A stretch of DNA of 64,000 nucleotides from the human T2T-CHM13v2.0 reference genome, Homo sapiens. Where the stretch lies: NCBI RefSeq assembly GCF_009914755.1, contig NC_060945.1. The stretch is one strand, 5' to 3'. The stretch's first letter is position 1; every line of letters starts with the position of its first letter. Below the pieces are notes generated by a model that saw only the letters and a program-made list of their open reading frames with translations, searched no databases and was not told the origin of the DNA. This document shows, piece by piece, positions 54,121 through 64,000 of the stretch. The translations under genes and the position numbers were made by a program.

Positions 54121-57100
54121 CTAAAAGAAAAGGGACATATATAATTGATTATATGCAAGCCTGACAAAGCCTACCAAGCATTCGTACAATGTGAATATGA
54201 AGATGAATCCTCATGCTTTGATTGAAAAGGGATTACACTAGGTTTTGGGGTCTTTTGGGTTTCTGTATTTGTTAACATGCCAACGGGACAGAAATATACT
54301 TAAGAAAATTTAAAAAATAAATTTCATCAAACTTGCTATGAAGATTTCAACAGTCAAAATATATTTCAACTGACAATAACTAAAGTAGAAAAATCCTAAT
54401 ACCAGTAAGATTAATCTGCCGTATAGGGAAAGAAGTTGAATTTATTAAGATGACCAAGTCATGACCCCCCGCCAAAAAAAAAAAAAAGTCCTAGGTAATG
54501 GTAGAATGCTATGGCATACTGTTAAGGAAACACATCAGAATCTCTTATGTCAATATACTGCAAGTAGCTATTATGTTCTTCAATTTGTCCTGTAATTTAA
54601 GAATTGCAAAGCTGCGATGAGAATTCAAAGGTACAACTTACTTATCATTGCAGAGGATGTTCTAAATTTATCAGCATAAATATCTACTTATAGAATAAAA
54701 GTTTATGAATATATTTATTTTTGATCCTCTGTGATATAGGAGTATTTTTACATTTATGGGGTTCTCCGGTTTAGTCCTCTCAAAATTTCCTGATCCACTT
54801 ATACAGAAAAGTCAAAGCACACCCATCAACAAACTAATACAGTCCGGGTGCCATGGCTCATGCCTGTAACTCCGGAACCTTGGAAGCCCGAAGAGGGCGG
54901 ATGTCTCAAGGCCAGGAGTTCCAAAGCAGCCTGGCCAAAATAGCGAAACCCTGTCTCCACAAAAAATACAAAAATCATCCAGGTATGGTGGCACATGCCT
55001 GTAACCCCAGCTACTTGGGAGCCGGAGCTGTGAGAATCACTTGAACCCAGGAGGCCCAGGTGGCAGTGAGTCAAGATCATGCCACTGCACTCCAGCCTGG
55101 ATGACAGAGCGAGACTCTGTCTCAACAAAAGAAAAAACACCTGATATGAAAGTATCAAAAACTAGACGTCAATTTCCAGAGACTTTTTACATATCATTAA
55201 CCTGCATATTTCAATGTTAGAATAATGGTTATTGAAAATAACAGTTTTATTGTTCAAGGAATGAATTCTACAATTGCTTTGCTTTGCTAAAACTAATTCT
55301 ATTTGTTATACCATGCGAGTTGTTAAACCACTGTTATGAAAAAGCTTTTATAGAAAGCTTAGCTTCAAGAAAAAACAGACATTTCTTTGACATAGAAATA
55401 TATCTCCTTTCATCAAATAATATGAATAAAACATGCTTAATCTCTCATTTTTCTCTACTTTGTTATTTTTCAGTAAGACACACTTTAATATATTTAGACA
55501 TGTCAAGTATATATGTTGTTTCCTTTGGAGTTGATTGATCAGTAATGAAGACACTTCAGGGGATATAAACTCTCTAAAACACACAAAATTTATGTGCAAG
55601 CATCCTTATGTTATGCTATGATGCATTTGCCAATTGAAAGGGGCAGAAGAAGGCATCTAAAAATCTTGAAAGTCGAACTATCTATTCAACATTTTGGACC
55701 TGCAGTGCTAAAAAATGAACTCACATTAGATTGAAGGAAAGCATAGGGAGATGTGAATGATATGAGCTGCTGAACAAGCTGTGTCTTCAACACAATCTCC
55801 TATTAGGGCAACATTCAAATAAAATAAATATATTGAGATTATATAGAATTATGATGCTGACTGGCCATGAATTCCAGAGGACACAAAAAAAGATTTGCGG
55901 AGTCAGAGGAATTGGAAGATAAGTCTATCTGGATAGCCATATCAGGACAGACATGGCTGAGAACAAAGCATTGTCTGTAATAGAACATACAAATTCTTCC
56001 TTAGAATGTAGTAAAGGGACTCCTTTATTCATATGCAGTTCCTGCCACAACTCTGAATGCATAGATTCTTTTGACTTTACATAAATGCCACAGATTTGTT
56101 TTTATTTTAATGAAGCCCAATGACAGGAGATCCACCAATAAACTGGAGGTAGCAAGTAGCTATTGAAAGTTAAGAAGTTTATGAAATTATTAGAAAATGT
56201 CTTATTGAAACTTTCTGTTACCCATCTCCTAGCATTCAACATCTACCCTCATCAAATTCTATTAGTAAATTTAATAATCACTTTTTGCACAATCAAATTT
56301 TTATTATGCTGGTTAAGTGGGACATACACCATGGTTCCAAATTTTCTATACTTTAAAATTCATTTTCTTCATTTATACTTCATACCATTCTAATTTTCGT
56401 AATTGGTTGAATTCATTGCTTCAATTTCTGATTAATTTCTCATATTATATAATCCTTGAGAGAAAATATGTCCTTCAAACTCAAATTGTTTGTTTCCAGT
56501 GCCATATAGTTAAACATTTCTTTTATTCAGTATGTATTTCAACCTTCCTTGTCTCTCCATAAATCACTATCCTTTTTTCCCTTTACAATTGGTAAATATT
56601 TTATTCTGCAAAGAGGATGGTCTCATTAATTTACCAAATATAATAGTTTTGTATAGGAAAATACATTGAAATTCTAAATATCTATTCAAAATGACATATA
56701 ACAAAACCAATTTTTTTCTTATCAATGGTATAACCAAACAATTTTGAAGAAAATGATGTTACTCAAAGACTTTCTTTATGTAATGTTGCTTAAAGTCACA
56801 GTTGCCAAGCATTTACCAACAACATCAAGCAAGGACTTCCTGTACTTAATATACAAATAGTTTTTTAAAAAAAACAAAATGTCTCTTTCCTCTGCTGAAT
56901 GCTGATTGCAGGCATTAAATCTCCAGTTGCTTGATGAATGCATATTCTTTTAAAAAACAAGCTATCATAACCTATTTTGAGTATAGCAATATTAACAATA
57001 TATTTTTATCTCCTTTGTGATAGATCAGTGAAGCAAGTTTTGAAATGAAGTTAGTAATTTTGAATTTAAATCTACAATTTAACTTTTTAAAAATGCTGAA

Positions 57101-57239
57101 ATTTTATGTAACACTTTTCAAAGGTCTTTAGCATAACAAGTTGGTGAGATGAAATGGTAAAATGTGCCAATTAGCTTCCTATCATAGTTCACTTATATAT
57201 CACTTGCATTTTAATAAGTATCGTTATAGATTTCTGAAA

Positions 57240-57515
57240 AGACCATTATCCTTAACAAACTAACACAAGAATAGAAAAGCAAATACCACATGTTCTCATT
57301 CTCATTTATAAGTGGGTGCTAAATGATGAGAATGTATAGACACACAGAGACCTAGGAGGGTGGGAGGAGAGAGAGGATCAGGAAAAAATAACTAATGGGT
57401 ATCAGGCTTAATACCTGGGTGATGAAATAATCTGTACAATGAACCTCCATGACACAAGCTTGCCTATGTAACAAATCTGCACTTGTATCCCTGAACTTAA
57501 AATAAAATAAAATAT
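57240..57515 (+). mobile_element. Older L1PA/L1PB 3' end
   Basis: CATGTTCTCA..TATAAGTGGGTGCTAAATGATGAG...CCCTGAACTTAAAATAAAA. Confidence 0.8.
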
Positions 57516-57527
57516 ACAACTAGCAGA

Positions 57528-63670
<6,143 letters not shown>

Positions 63671-64000
63671 GAAAGACACATTTGGTCTCTGCCCCTGGTC
63701 CTGGCACAGAGCTTCTAAAGCTCTTATAAAGTCCTCAGTGATAGAGGTGATAGGAGCATCTTTTGTTTCAATATTTGGTCTTAGTCCTAGGTTTCTAGCA
63801 CAAGATCCTCTTTGGATCACCCTACCCCCTACTTCCTACCCCATCCCCTACAAAACAACCCAATTCTTCTCCTTAATGGAGCTATATTACAAAAAGTTGT
63901 ACTCATTTATATTTTGAATTTCATTCATTAAAATTTTGTGGAAATTTGTTTTCTCTCTTGTTATACCTACATGCCATTCTTGTTTTCTCTCTTGTTATAC

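Overview
Primate (most likely human or great-ape) genomic DNA with the character of a pericentromeric segmental duplication. The main feature is an unprocessed, 5'-truncated ANKRD30B-like pseudogene on the minus strand. I can read 19 GT-AG exons between 54120 and 8935; no ankyrin-repeat exons are visible, and it carries one nonsense and four frameshift lesions. It hosts a MIR3156 hairpin at 32732-32808, which fits ANKRD30BP1/MIR3156-3 or a near-identical paralog. Left of the gene are a purine-rich degenerate minisatellite, a fragmented L1 with an embedded MST piece, and a 5'-truncated SVA_A-like element with no TSD. Right of ~55.6 kb the ANKRD30B homology stops, and from ~57.5 kb an Alu-dense block begins. 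No intact protein-coding gene is supported and I found no new enzymatic system. The most notable signal is a readable record of retroelement-associated exon-repeat gain and loss. A HERV-K-type solo LTR sits between two ~570-bp direct repeats that each carry an in-frame 29+73-nt exon pair. An L1PA fragment marks the loss of an exon pair, and there are fossil ANKRD26-type exons. Repeat subfamily names and protein comparisons come from recalled consensus sequences, not from database searches.
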